Of a DNA stretch of 64,000 nucleotides, positions 54,528 through 64,000 are shown in pieces; position 1 is the first letter of the stretch; each line of letters starts with the position of its first letter. The notes beneath the pieces are model-generated. The model did no database searches, was not told the origin of the DNA, and saw nothing but the letters and a program-made list of their open reading frames with translations. This stretch comes from Dehalococcoidia bacterium. GTDB taxonomy: Bacteria; Chloroflexota; Dehalococcoidia; JAUQQI01. The translations under genes were made by a program, and so were the position numbers. The stretch spans positions 2,691 to 66,690 of the forward strand of contig JBHOQU010000110.1 in NCBI GenBank assembly GCA_042408785.1. Direction: 5' to 3'.

Positions 54528-56903
54528 TCAGGGCGGCCGGAGGCGGAAGACCCAAACCCCGGCCTGGTGGTAGACGGGCTCAAATTCCGGGCGGCCCAGG
54601 AGCTTCCCGGCCGTGAGGGGGCCGCCCCGCCGGCCGATAAACACGTAGTCGACCTTTAAGGCCCGGAGCTCGGGGATAAGCCGTCCCCAGTCGGCCGGGC
54701 CGGCGGCCAGCTCCCGGGCAATCCGGTTCCGCCGGGCAAACTCCTCGGCCGGCAGGTTCCCGTAAAGGAGGGTGGGCAGAAGGGTGGTCCGGCCGGCCGC
54801 GGCCGGAAGCCAGAAGCCGGCGTCGGCCCCGGCGTAGAACCCCGGCCGCCACTGGAACCCGTTGATTAGAAACCCGGCGTCCGGGGGCGTGTTCGCCCGG
54901 ACCCAGACCAGGGCCGGCAGGTCGGCCGGATGGACCAGCACCAGCTCCGGGTTAACGGCGGCCAGCTGACGGCCCACCTGCGAACAGCAGGCCACCAGCA
55001 CCAGGGTCCCCACGGCCGGCAGGCCGACCTTGCCCCCCAGTCGGACCCGGTCCAGAAGCCAGGCTACGGCCGCCCCGGCCGGCGCCAGGGCGGCCAGCCA
55101 GAGGGAGGCGGCCACGGTTACCCCGTCGACGACGTTGGGGAGGGGCGATGGGACGGGCAGGGCACCGGCCAGAAACCCGAGGCCCAGAAGAGTGAGGCCG
55201 AGGGCCAGCGCATCGGACCGGGCCCGCCTTATGCCGGCAAGCAGGGCCCCCAGGGCCAGGAGGAAGACGGCCCCGTCGGGCCAGCGGGCCACGAGGTCCC
55301 AGGGGAAAGGCTCGGAGTCTGGGCCAGCCTGGAGGCTGGCCCGGACGGCCGGAAGCAGAAACCGGCCGGCGGCCAGGCCGAGCCAGGGGAGGGCCGGAAG
55401 AAAGCCCCCCAGGGCCAGCATAAGCCTCGCCCCCAGCCGGGAGTGGGGGCCTGCGCCCTTCCAGGAAAAGGCGGTGAGCAGTAACAAAAAGAGGCCCGCC
55501 ATCACCAGCAGCCGGTAGTGGGTCAGGGCCAGGCCGGCCAGAAGGATGCCCCCGGCGCCGGCGGCCCGGTCGGAGCGGACCCAGTCCCGGCCGGCCAGGA
55601 GGACGGCCGGCAGGAGGTCAAGGCCGGCGGCCAGGCTGAACCGGCTCCACGAAAGCAGATAGCCGGGGAAGGTCAGGATCAGCCCGGCCAAGCCGGCCCC
55701 CACCAGCCCGGCCCGGGCATCGGCCGCCCACTCCCGGACCAGCCAGCAGGCCAGGACCGCCGACCAGGCGCTCAGGAGCTGTCCGGCCAGGCCGATGGCC
55801 CCGGCCGGCTCTGCGCCGGTTATCCGGGCGATGAAGGCGGCGTGGACGTGGAACCCGAAATGGTAAAAGGCCGGGATCTTCACCTCGGGGCCGTAAGAAT
55901 CGGGGACCCGGTTGGCCTCGAGAATCTTTCGGGTGATCAGGGCGTGATGGGGCCCGTCAACCCAGGGGGTAAGGGCCAAGTCGCCGAGGGGATAAAGCCT
56001 GACCAGGAGGGTAAGGATCAGGACCGCCCCGAGGAAAAGCCCCTCAGCCGGGTCCGGGGCGGTTCCTGGCGGCCTAAAGGACCGGCCTCGGCGGACGGCG
56101 GCCGCCCCCGCCAGCCCCACCCCGAGGCCCAGGCCGGCCTCAAATGCCGGAAGACCGCGCACACCGGCCCAGTAATAAACCAGGGGCCAGAAAGCCAGGC
56201 TGAAGCTGCTGCCGGCGGCCAGCCGCCCCGTAAGGCCCGGTGTTTCGGGCCAGCCCAGGAGGGCCGAGATGCCCAGGCCGGGCAGGAGCCAGAGGCCGAC
56301 TGCCATGGCCGCGGCCGGAATATCGTTGAAGCTCCCGGCAACGGCTGTGACCAGCCGGCCCGGGTCGGGCCGGTAGTAGGCCCGGAAACGCAGACTTCCC
56401 GGGACGGGAACCCCGTCCGCCGCAAGTTGGCCTTCCGGGTAGGGGTCGTCCCCGGCGGCCGCCACAAGGCCCGGGGGGAGCGGTTCCCCGCCGGCGGCCG
56501 CCACCAGCCGGTAGGGTCGACCCGCCGAAGCGGGCTGGGCCGCAAACCTGAGGGAGACAGCGGTCGGCCCCGAGGGCCCCCCGAGGGCGACGGGGACCGA
56601 GGCCAGCTCCCGGCCGTCTGCTTCGGCCGCCAGCCGAACCGTGAGGGTCTGGCCCGGTCTTCCGGCTCCCGGATTGACCAAGATGTCCACCCCGGCCAGG
56701 CCGTCCCGCCCGGGGGTGAAGGTCTGCTCCAGGCGTCGGACGGTCGGGACTTCCGGGAGCCAGCGGTCGGCCCGAACCTGCCAGGCGAAGGGGTCCGGGA
56801 TTTCGGTGAGGCCAGCCTGGAGGGCTAAGACTCCGGCGGCCAGCACGCCGGCCCAGACTGCCCAGCGGCCGAGGGTTTTAAGGGCCGGGGTGGGGCGGGG
56901 CAT
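54528..56903 (-). CDS. large polytopic membrane protein (about 790 aa) with N- and C-terminal extracytoplasmic domains; possible GT-C-type glycosyltransferase
   Basis: Ten or more TM helices; no recognisable catalytic motif by eye; lies next to sugar-nucleotide genes. Confidence 0.45.
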   Translation of the reverse strand: MPRPTPALKTLGRWAVWAGVLAAGVLALQAGLTEIPDPFAWQVRADRWLPEVPTVRRLEQTFTPGRDGLAGVDILVNPGAGRPGQTLTVRLAAEADGRELASVPVALGGPSGPTAVSLRFAAQPASAGRPYRLVAAAGGEPLPPGLVAAAGDDPYPEGQLAADGVPVPGSLRFRAYYRPDPGRLVTAVAGSFNDIPAAAMAVGLWLLPGLGISALLGWPETPGLTGRLAAGSSFSLAFWPLVYYWAGVRGLPAFEAGLGLGVGLAGAAAVRRGRSFRPPGTAPDPAEGLFLGAVLILTLLVRLYPLGDLALTPWVDGPHHALITRKILEANRVPDSYGPEVKIPAFYHFGFHVHAAFIARITGAEPAGAIGLAGQLLSAWSAVLACWLVREWAADARAGLVGAGLAGLILTFPGYLLSWSRFSLAAGLDLLPAVLLAGRDWVRSDRAAGAGGILLAGLALTHYRLLVMAGLFLLLLTAFSWKGAGPHSRLGARLMLALGGFLPALPWLGLAAGRFLLPAVRASLQAGPDSEPFPWDLVARWPDGAVFLLALGALLAGIRRARSDALALGLTLLGLGFLAGALPVPSPLPNVVDGVTVAASLWLAALAPAGAAVAWLLDRVRLGGKVGLPAVGTLVLVACCSQVGRQLAAVNPELVLVHPADLPALVWVRANTPPDAGFLINGFQWRPGFYAGADAGFWLPAAAGRTTLLPTLLYGNLPAEEFARRNRIARELAAGPADWGRLIPELRALKVDYVFIGRRGGPLTAGKLLGRPEFEPVYHQAGVWVFRLRPP

Positions 56904-56918
56904 CCCGCGGCCGAGGGT

Positions 56919-57946
56919 CTAGGCCGGCGGCCGACCCCGACGCCGGCCGAGCTCGGCCTTCAAAAAGTCGATGGGCGGAACCGGGGTCGGGTCGACCCCG
57001 TTGAGGAGTGCCAAGTAGTAGCTGAACCAGTCGCCCAGGACGGTCAGGTACATCATCCGGGCCAGGCGGGAGGCGCCCTGGGCGGCCGCAAGCCGGGGCT
57101 CGTGGCCTTCCCGCCGCAGAAGCTCGGCCGTAACTTCCAGCCGGGCGTCCAGCTCGGCCGATTCGCCCGGCGAGGCCAGCCCGACCACCAGCACCGCCTC
57201 CCGGGCGGCCGGCGGGTGGGCGTAGCCGACCACGGCGTTGTGGTTAAGCTCGGGCAGGACCTCGAAAAAGGCCCAGGCCTTCGAGTTTTCGTTAATCTGG
57301 GTTTTCCAGCGGCGGGCCACCGGCTCGAGGCTTCCGCCCCCGTAGACGACCACGACCCGGCCGTGGGCGGCCCGGGCCAGGGCCTTGGCCGGGTTGGGGC
57401 CCTCCGGGGTTTCCGGCCGGACGGCCCCAAGCAGGCCCGAGGCCACTTCCCGGGCCTCCACCACCTCGGGGCCGAGGTCGGGCCCGATTTCGAGGGCGGC
57501 CAGGATGCCCAGCAGGGGAAAGAGGCTGTAGGCCAGGGCCGCCCGGGGCGGGGCCTGGTAGCTGATCTTAAAAACGGGGTAGCCGGCCGCCTCGGCCCGC
57601 CCGGCCAGCTCCCCGCCGCGGGTCAGGGCGACGACCCGGGCCCCCGCCCGCCGGGCCCGGTCAAAGGCGCTTAGGGTTTCTTCGGTATTGCCCGAATAGC
57701 TGGAGGCAACCACCAACGTCTCGGGACCGACAAAATCAGGCAGACCGTAGTCCCGCCAGACCAAAATGGGCACTCGGCACCGGTCCCGGAGCAGGGCGGC
57801 CACGTAGTCGCCGGCGATGGCCGAGCCCCCCATCCCGGCCACCACCACCTGCCGGACGTGCTTATACCCGGCCGGCAGGGTCAGCCGCCGTCCAGCCTCA
57901 TAGGCCGGGGCGAAATGGGCCGGAAATTCCAGCAGGCGGCCCAGCA
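56919..57946 (-). CDS. bifunctional phosphoglucose/phosphomannose isomerase (SIS domain)
   Basis: Start taken at ATG 57946 (MLGRLLEF...); the 80 codons upstream in ORF 56919..58190 are S/T/P/W-rich off-frame read-through; SIS motifs GMGGSAIAGD, SYSGNTEET. Confidence 0.7.
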
Positions 57947-58011
57947 TGTCGCCCCGGTCTAAGGTCCGGCAGCCTTCGGCGGAATCCCAGTTGACGTCCA
58001 CGGGCCGATGC

Positions 58012-59439
58012 CTAAATTCCCAGCCGGTCCCGGGTCTCGGCCAGGAGCCGGCGAAGCTTTTCGGGGTCGTCGGTTTCCCCGTAAATCCGCAACAGGGGCT
58101 CCGTTCCCGAAAACCGCACCAGCACCCAGGAGCCGTCGGCCAGGCAGAACTTGTAGCCGTCGGTGGTGTCGAGCCGCTCGACCCGGACACCGGCGATTTC
58201 GGCCGGCGGGTCGGTCTGGAGCCGGGTTTCGACCTGGGGCCGGGTGTCGGGTTCGAGCTGGAGGTCGAGCCGGTCGTAGAAGTGGGGCCCGACCTTGCTG
58301 AAAAGATACTCGACCAGCTCCGAGGGCCGGCGGCCCAGTTTCACCATCAGGTCCAGGAAGAAAAGGCCGGCCAGGATGCTGTCCCGCTCGGGCAAGTGGC
58401 CCCGGAAGGCGTAGCCGCCGCTCTCCTCGCCCCCGCAGATGGCGTTCACCTCGAGCATCTTGGGGGCGACGTATTTAAAGCCGACCCCGGTCTCGTAGAC
58501 GGGGACATTGTGAAGCCGGCCCAGCTTTTCCAGCATGGAGCTGGTGGATATGGTTTTAACGATGGGACCCCGCCAGCCCCGAACCTCGAGCAGGTAGAGG
58601 GCCAGCAGGGAATAGGTTCGAAGCTGGTCGACGAAGCGGCCGTGCTCGTCGCAGACCCCAAGCCGGTCGGCATCCCCGTCGGTGGCAAGGCCCACATCCG
58701 CCCCGACCTCCCGGACCTTTTCAAAGAGGGCGCCCAGGTTGCGGGGGATGGGCTCCGGGTTTATGCCGGGGAAGAGGGGGTTCCGCTCCCCCCGGATCTC
58801 CACGACGGTGGTTCGGCCGCCGGCCAGGTCTGCCAGCCAGCCGGCCCCGGACCCGTACATGGCGTCGGCCACCACCCGCAGGCCGGCATTGCGGATAGCT
58901 TCCAGGTCGACCAGGCCGCCCACCTGCTGGCGGTAAGCATCCCCGGGGTCGAAAAGGACGACCAGCCCCTCCCTCTCAGCGGCCGGGCGGGAGAGCCGGC
59001 GGATGCGGCCCTCGGCCTGGGCGTCGGCGATGCGCTGTTCCAGGTCGGCCAGCACCTCCGGGGCGGCCGCCCCCCCGTAGGCGCTGCGCACCTTGAAGCC
59101 GTTGTACCGGGCGGGGTTGTGGCTGGCGGTGACCATTACCCCCGCCCCGGCTTTGCGGCTGATGATTCCGAACGAGACCACCGGGGTGGGGTTGGGCCGG
59201 TCGGTCAGGTAGGCCCGGATGCCGTTTCCGGCCAGCACCTCGGCCACGGCCGCGGCGAAGTCCTCGGACTCAAACCGGGTGTCGTAGCCCACAACGACCC
59301 CGTGGAAGTGGAGGCCCTGGTCCTCCAGGTACTCGGCCAGACCCTGGGCGCAATAGCGGACGTTTTCAAAAGTATAGTCCTCGGCGATGATTCCCCGCCA
59401 GCCGTCGGTGCCGAATTTGATGGGCGTCTTTGCGGTCAT
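58012..59439 (-). CDS. phosphomannomutase/phosphoglucomutase (alpha-D-phosphohexomutase)
   Basis: Active-site TASHNPARYNG; Mg loop DGDADR; sugar-binding GEESGG. Confidence 0.8.
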   Translation of the reverse strand: MTAKTPIKFGTDGWRGIIAEDYTFENVRYCAQGLAEYLEDQGLHFHGVVVGYDTRFESEDFAAAVAEVLAGNGIRAYLTDRPNPTPVVSFGIISRKAGAGVMVTASHNPARYNGFKVRSAYGGAAAPEVLADLEQRIADAQAEGRIRRLSRPAAEREGLVVLFDPGDAYRQQVGGLVDLEAIRNAGLRVVADAMYGSGAGWLADLAGGRTTVVEIRGERNPLFPGINPEPIPRNLGALFEKVREVGADVGLATDGDADRLGVCDEHGRFVDQLRTYSLLALYLLEVRGWRGPIVKTISTSSMLEKLGRLHNVPVYETGVGFKYVAPKMLEVNAICGGEESGGYAFRGHLPERDSILAGLFFLDLMVKLGRRPSELVEYLFSKVGPHFYDRLDLQLEPDTRPQVETRLQTDPPAEIAGVRVERLDTTDGYKFCLADGSWVLVRFSGTEPLLRIYGETDDPEKLRRLLAETRDRLGI

Positions 59440-59454
59440 CTCGGCTCCCTCCCC

Positions 59455-60504
59455 TCAGACCCGCGCCCGCCAGTAGTTGAGCAGGTCCAATAGCGTCTGT
59501 TCGAAGGGAATCCGGGGCTCCCAGCCGGTGGCCTGGCGGAACTTGGTGACGTCGGCCTGAAGGATTTTAACGTCGGAGGGCCGAAGCCGGGCTGGGTCCT
59601 GCCGGACCTCGATCTTGACCTCGGTAAAGGACAGCAGGATGTTAAGCACGTCGCCCACCGCCCGGGCAACCCCGCTGCCGATGTTATAAACCTCCCCCGG
59701 CTCACACTTTTCCAGCGCCAGCCAGTACGCCCGAACCATGTCCCGGACGTCGACCCAGTCCCGCTTCGAGGAGAGGTCGCCCACCAGGATAACCGGGGGG
59801 CGTTTGCCGGCCTCGATTTCGGCAATCTGTTTGGCAAAGTTGCTGGTCACCAGGACGTGGCCCCGGCGGGGACCGGTGTGGTTAAAGCCCCGGGTGACGA
59901 TATTTTTAAGGCCAAAGCTGCGGAAATACTGGTAGGCCAGCATCTCCTGGGTGACTTTGCTTACGGCGTAGGGGCTTAAGGGGCGGAGGGGATTGGTCTC
60001 CTTTATGGGCAGCTCCTCGGGCTTTACGTAGCCGTACTCCTCCGAGGAGCCGGCGATGTGGATGCGGGGGTCCAGTTTCTCCCGCCGGACCGCCTCGAAT
60101 ATGTTGAGCTGCATGAGGGCGTTAAGGCGGATGGTCTCGGCCGGGGCGTTCCAGGAGGTGGGCACAAAGCTCTGGGCGGCCAGGTGGAAGATACGGTCGG
60201 GGCGGACGGCGGCGATGATGTTGTGGGTGGAGAAGGGGTCGGTCCAGTCGGCCTCGATGAGATTCAGGACGCCCGGCCTGGCCTGCTCCTCGACGAGCCT
60301 CCGGACGACGTCGGGGCTGTGGAGGTTTCCGCCTTCGGCGATGAAGTTGAGCCGCCCGCAGGCCTGAAGCTCGGCCAGATTCTCCAGCCGGCTCCGCCAG
60401 CGGTAGGTGCCGAAGACGATAAGATTGGGGTTTTCCACCAGGTATTCGGCCAGGTGGCTCCCGGCCATTCCGGTCACACCCGTAATCAGAACCCGCAATG
60501 CCAA
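59455..60504 (-). CDS. GDP-mannose 4,6-dehydratase-family SDR (Gmd-like)
   Basis: VLITGVTGMAGSHL; YAVSK catalytic motif; clustered with ManC and an Rmd-like gene. Confidence 0.65.
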   Translation of the reverse strand: MALRVLITGVTGMAGSHLAEYLVENPNLIVFGTYRWRSRLENLAELQACGRLNFIAEGGNLHSPDVVRRLVEEQARPGVLNLIEADWTDPFSTHNIIAAVRPDRIFHLAAQSFVPTSWNAPAETIRLNALMQLNIFEAVRREKLDPRIHIAGSSEEYGYVKPEELPIKETNPLRPLSPYAVSKVTQEMLAYQYFRSFGLKNIVTRGFNHTGPRRGHVLVTSNFAKQIAEIEAGKRPPVILVGDLSSKRDWVDVRDMVRAYWLALEKCEPGEVYNIGSGVARAVGDVLNILLSFTEVKIEVRQDPARLRPSDVKILQADVTKFRQATGWEPRIPFEQTLLDLLNYWRARV

Positions 60505-61580
60505 CCTCCGGAGCTTGAAAAAGTTCTGGCCTGGCCAGCGATCACGGCGCCCGGGTCGACACGGGCTCCGGGCTTAAGCCTGACGCCGGCTCCGATCTCC
60601 GCGTCGTCGCCGACCACCGCGTCCTCCACGACGGCCCCGGGTCCGACCCGGCAGCCCCGCCCGACCACCGAGCGGACCACCCGGGCCCCCGGGCCGACCA
60701 GGACGTCGTCCCAGATGACCGTTTCCCCCAGCTCCGCACCGCCCCCCACCCGACAGCGGTCCCCCAGAACCACCGGCCCGACCCAGCGGGCGCCGTCCAC
60801 AACACAGCCCTCGCCCAGGTAGCAGGGAGCCCCTTCGAGGGGGTCCAGCAGGGGCGAGCGGACCTTTCCGGTCAGCAGGTCGAAGTTGAGCCGGCGGTAC
60901 TTTTCGGGCGTCCCGATATCTATCCAGTAGCCCGACCAGCCAAAGCCGTAAAGCTTTGCCCCAGCCTTGAGCAGGGCCGGAAAGAGCCCCTGCTCGAACT
61001 GGTAGAAGACCTCAGGGGGAACCAGCTCCAGCACCGCCGGGTCCAGGACGTAAATGCCGGCGTTTATAAGGTTTGAGGGAGCGGTCCCCGGGGGCGGCTT
61101 CTCGACAAAGGAGTTCACCCGGCCATCCTCAGCCAGCTCAACAACCCCGTACTGGCTGGGGTCGGCCACCGGCACCAGCCCGAGGGTCACGGCGGCCCCC
61201 GCCGACCGGTGCAGGCCGATGAGCCGGTCAAGGGGCAGGTCGGTGAAGATGTCCCCGTTTAAAATCAAGACCGGCTCGCCCCTTGGAACGGACATGCGCA
61301 CGGCGGCCAGCCGGGCGGCCCCGGCCGTCCCCAGGGGGCGGTCTTCCACCGAGTAGACCAGCCGGAGGCCCAGGGCTTCCCCCTGGCCGAAATAGGCCTG
61401 GATCCGGTCGGGCAGGTAGCCCAGGGCCAGGGCCACCTCGGTTACGCCGTAGCCGCTCAGGTAGGCGAGCAGGTGGGCCAGGTAGGGCCGGTTGAGGACC
61501 GGCACCATGGCCTTCGGGGTGGTGTAGGTGAGGGGCCTCAGGCGGGTGCCCTCACCCCCAACCAAGATTATTGCCCTCAC
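60486..61580 (-). CDS. mannose-1-phosphate guanylyltransferase-type sugar nucleotidyltransferase with C-terminal left-handed beta-helix
   Basis: GTG 61580 after GGAGGGAGG (GTGA overlap with the upstream stop); ILVGGEGTRLRPLTYTTPKAMVPV; the listed ORF's N-terminal 89 aa are off-frame extension. Confidence 0.75.
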   Translation of the reverse strand: MRAIILVGGEGTRLRPLTYTTPKAMVPVLNRPYLAHLLAYLSGYGVTEVALALGYLPDRIQAYFGQGEALGLRLVYSVEDRPLGTAGAARLAAVRMSVPRGEPVLILNGDIFTDLPLDRLIGLHRSAGAAVTLGLVPVADPSQYGVVELAEDGRVNSFVEKPPPGTAPSNLINAGIYVLDPAVLELVPPEVFYQFEQGLFPALLKAGAKLYGFGWSGYWIDIGTPEKYRRLNFDLLTGKVRSPLLDPLEGAPCYLGEGCVVDGARWVGPVVLGDRCRVGGGAELGETVIWDDVLVGPGARVVRSVVGRGCRVGPGAVVEDAVVGDDAEIGAGVRLKPGARVDPGAVIAGQARTFSSSGGWHCGF

Positions 61581-62536
61581 GGCGCCTCCCTCCGAAGTTT
61601 TGCCCGCCAGAATTCTAGAACCTCGGCCAGGCTCTGCTCCAGGGGTATCCGGGGCTCCCAGCCCGTGGCCGCCCGGAACTTGCCGGCGTCGGCGTAGACC
61701 TCCGGGACGTCCAGGGGCCGGAGGCGGGCCGGGTCGGGCACGACCCGGACGGGAACCCGGCTCTGGGCGCACAGCCTTTCGAGCAGGTCCCCGACCCGGA
61801 CGGATACCCCGCTTCCCACATTGTAAACCTCCCCGGGCCGACAGCACCGCATCGCCAGGATGTAAGCCCGAACCATATCCCGGACGTCGGTGAAGTCCCG
61901 CCTGGCCTCCAGGTTCCCGACCCGAACCTCGGGCGGGCCCAGCCCTAACTCGGCCGCGGCAATCTGGCGGGCGAAGCCCGAGACCACAAACTCGGGGCCC
62001 TGCCCGGGGCCCACCTGGTTGAAGGCCCGGATGCGGACCACCGGCAGGCCGTGACTTAAGAAAAACTGGTAGCCTAAGAAATCCTGGGCGATCTTGCTCA
62101 CGGCGTAAGGGTTCGTGGGCCGGAGGGGATTGTCTTCACGGATCGGAAGCTCCTCGGGCTTTACCAGGCCGTACTCTTCGGCGGAGCCGGGAATGAGGAC
62201 GTACGGCCGCTGGCCAGTGGCCACCAGGGCCTGAAGGAGGCTGAGCTGGCCGCCGACATTTACCCGGAAGGTCTCGGCCGGGTCCTCCCAAGACCTGGCC
62301 ACCGAGGAGGAGGCGGCCAGGTGGAAGACCCAGTCGGGCCGGACCTCGGCCACCAGGCGGCCCACCTCGGCCGGGGCGGTCAGGTCGGCCCGGCGCAGGC
62401 GGACCCGGCCGGCGAGCTCGGCATCCTCGAGGGGGCGGCGGTGAATAACCCCCCAGACGTCGATGCCCTCGGCCAGGAGGGCGCGGGCCAGGTGGGTGCC
62501 CACAAAACCGGCAACGCCGGTGACCAGCGCCCGCAT
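61577..62536 (-). CDS. GDP-4-dehydro-6-deoxy-D-mannose reductase-like SDR (Rmd-like)
   Basis: MRALVTGVAGFVGTHL; YAVSK; operon with the gmd/manC-like genes. Confidence 0.6.
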   Translation of the reverse strand: MRALVTGVAGFVGTHLARALLAEGIDVWGVIHRRPLEDAELAGRVRLRRADLTAPAEVGRLVAEVRPDWVFHLAASSSVARSWEDPAETFRVNVGGQLSLLQALVATGQRPYVLIPGSAEEYGLVKPEELPIREDNPLRPTNPYAVSKIAQDFLGYQFFLSHGLPVVRIRAFNQVGPGQGPEFVVSGFARQIAAAELGLGPPEVRVGNLEARRDFTDVRDMVRAYILAMRCCRPGEVYNVGSGVSVRVGDLLERLCAQSRVPVRVVPDPARLRPLDVPEVYADAGKFRAATGWEPRIPLEQSLAEVLEFWRAKLRREAP

Positions 62537-62560
62537 CAGGTGCCGGGAGATGGGGTCGGT

Positions 62561-63814
62561 TTAGTCGGCCAGGAAGCGGGCGTAAACCGGCTGTTCGGGC
62601 TCGTCCCGAAGCCCCGCCGCCTCCCGAAGCAGTTCGGCCTTATCCGTCTCCTCCCAGGGGGCGTCGATATCCGTCCGGCCGAAGTGGCCGTAAACGGCGG
62701 TCGGCCGGTAGATGGGCCGCCGGAGCCGAAGGTCCCGGATGATGGCCCCAGGCCGCAGGTCAAAGTGCTGCTGGATAAGCCTGATGATTTGCTCGTCGGG
62801 GATTCTGGCGGTTCCGAAGGTTTCCACGCTGATGGAGACCGGACGGGCCACCCCGATGGCATACGCAATCTGCACCTCAACCCGCTCGGCGATGCCGGCG
62901 GCCACCAGGTTCTTGGCCACATACCGGGCGGCGTAGGCGCCGGAACGGTCGACCTTGGTGGGGTCCTTGCCCGAAAAGCAGCCGCCGCCGTGGCGGGCCA
63001 TTCCGCCGTAGGTGTCCACCATAATCTTGCGGCCGGTCAGGCCGGCGTCCCCCATGGGACCGCCGATGACGAAGCGGCCCGTCGGGTTGACCAGAAACCT
63101 GGTCTCCGGGCTGAACAGCTTGCGGGGTATAACCTCCTCGACGACCGCCTGGATTATATCGTCCCGAAGCTGCCGCTCGTGGACGCCCGGACGGTGCTGG
63201 GCCGAAACCACCACCGTCTGAACCCGCTGGGGGATCCCGTGGGAATACTCGACGGTAACCTGGGCCTTGCCGTCGGGGAGCAGGTAGGGGAGGATGCCCT
63301 TTTTTCGGACCTCAGCCAGCCGGCGGCAGAGGCGGTGGGCGAGCATGATGGGCAGGGGCATAAGCTCCGGGGTCTCGGTGCAGGCAAAGCCCACCATCAT
63401 TCCCTGGTCGCCGGCCCCGAGGCTTTCCAAGTCCTCTTCGGTCTCACCCAGCTTGGCCTCGAGGGAGCGGTCGACGCCCAGGGCGATATCCGGGGACTGC
63501 TGTTTGACCGAGACGATGACCCCGCTGACGGTGGCGTCGAAACAGGCCTCGGGGCTGGTATAGCCCACCTCTCGGATCACCCGGCGGGCGACCTCCGGGT
63601 AATCGACGGGGTGGGTGGTGGTGATCTCACCCACGATGATTACCAGTCCGGTGGTTACCGCCACTTCGCAGGCCACCCGCCCGTACGGGTCGTGGGCGAA
63701 GACCTCGTCGAGGACGGCATCCGAGATCTGGTCGCAAAGCTTATCCGGATGCCCCTCGGTGACCGATTCGGAAGTAAACAGGAGCGACGGGGCGCGCATA
63801 AACGTCGTGCTCAT
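62561..63814 (-). CDS. metK: S-adenosylmethionine synthetase
   Basis: [14 protein letters not shown]; GGGAFSGKD P-loop; DxGxTGRK; 417 aa. Confidence 0.9.
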   Translation of the reverse strand: MSTTFMRAPSLLFTSESVTEGHPDKLCDQISDAVLDEVFAHDPYGRVACEVAVTTGLVIIVGEITTTHPVDYPEVARRVIREVGYTSPEACFDATVSGVIVSVKQQSPDIALGVDRSLEAKLGETEEDLESLGAGDQGMMVGFACTETPELMPLPIMLAHRLCRRLAEVRKKGILPYLLPDGKAQVTVEYSHGIPQRVQTVVVSAQHRPGVHERQLRDDIIQAVVEEVIPRKLFSPETRFLVNPTGRFVIGGPMGDAGLTGRKIMVDTYGGMARHGGGCFSGKDPTKVDRSGAYAARYVAKNLVAAGIAERVEVQIAYAIGVARPVSISVETFGTARIPDEQIIRLIQQHFDLRPGAIIRDLRLRRPIYRPTAVYGHFGRTDIDAPWEETDKAELLREAAGLRDEPEQPVYARFLAD

Positions 63815-63911
63815 CGGTCAAACTCCTTTAAAAGATTTACCCTCACTGCGGCCGACCGCCGCTTAATGCAATCCTCCCCCTGACGGCTTGGGAACTTTGA
63901 GGAACCGAGAA

Positions 63912-63933
63912 CCGCTGAGAAAATTCTCTGCGG
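63912..63933 (-). terminator. riboswitch expression-platform terminator (CCGCAGAGAA-uu-UUCUCAGCGG then U-rich tract) in the metK leader
   Basis: 10-bp stem with one mismatch followed by UUCUCGGUUCCUC on the minus strand, between the S-box 3' half and the metK start. Confidence 0.4.
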
Positions 63934-63939
63934 AGCCGG

Positions 63940-64000
63940 GCCTCTCATCTCGTCCGAACCTTTAAAGGGCTCGGACCGGAGTTGGCACCTTTTCCGGGCA
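63940..64000 (-). promoter_or_regulatory. SAM-I (S-box) riboswitch, 3' portion only (5' half lies beyond the window end)
   Basis: Minus-strand GGUGCCAACUCC (63989..63978) and P1 3' strand GAUGAGAG (63949..63942) in the canonical order upstream of metK. Confidence 0.55.

Noticed and set aside
57947-58190. N-terminal about 80 codons of ORF 56919..58190 (PGI/PMI) and the N-terminal 89 codons of ORF 60486..61847 (ManC)
   Set aside because: These are compositionally junk run-on into the upstream gene. Internal starts (ATG 57946; GTG 61580 with RBS and a GTGA overlap) give canonical protein lengths.

Overview
This 64-kb window is about 70% GC and very gene-dense, so antisense 'shadow' ORFs are common. 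Gene content looks like a Gram-positive-type genome: a SAM-I riboswitch on metK, TagA, a CsbB/YfhO glycosylation pair, flotillin and an ANTAR regulator, reminiscent of Symbiobacterium, Thermaerobacter or Limnochorda; this taxonomic guess is inference only.

Reading left to right, the window contains:
- the 3' end of ruvB;
- a TrmB-regulator locus with a small cupredoxin operon;
- a VanY / class-A beta-lactamase-like pair;
- an LLM (F420-type) oxidoreductase, a lone xanthine-dehydrogenase-family Mo subunit, an MFS transporter and an alpha/beta hydrolase;
- a GntR-headed cluster: a split UxaA-type dehydratase, a class-I Fe-S hydro-lyase (FumA/TtdAB-like, alpha + beta) and a four-subunit succinate-dehydrogenase/fumarate-reductase-like complex;
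- a NitT/TauT ABC transporter and a peptidase-S51-like protein fused to a CysRS C-terminal-like domain;
- a frameshifted ammonium transporter, a hypothetical gene and flotillin;
- a stretch of decayed genes (DUF1801, SnoaL-ABM fusion) ending in a roughly 580-bp low-GC island;
- an ANTAR response regulator, GT2 (CsbB-like) and YfhO-like GT-C operon;
- a fused AccD-AccA carboxyltransferase;
- a cell-envelope glycan locus (epimerases, CapD, WecA-like GT4, TagA, galE);
- an odd small locus: a 36-aa ORF, an 18-4-18 perfect inverted repeat and a SWIM zinc-finger miniprotein;
- an Opp-type peptide ABC transporter (binding protein plus two permeases, no ATPases) followed by a DUF1786-like protein;
- a membrane-anchored thioredoxin-fold gene whose CxxC cysteine codon is TGA, a candidate selenoprotein;
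- a PaaI thioesterase, HAD hydrolase, ThrC-like and M20 peptidase genes and a large polytopic membrane protein;
- a GDP-D-rhamnose pathway (PGI/PMI, PMM, Gmd, ManC, Rmd);
- metK, preceded by a SAM-I riboswitch truncated at the window edge.

No rRNA, tRNA, CRISPR array or intact mobile element was recognised.
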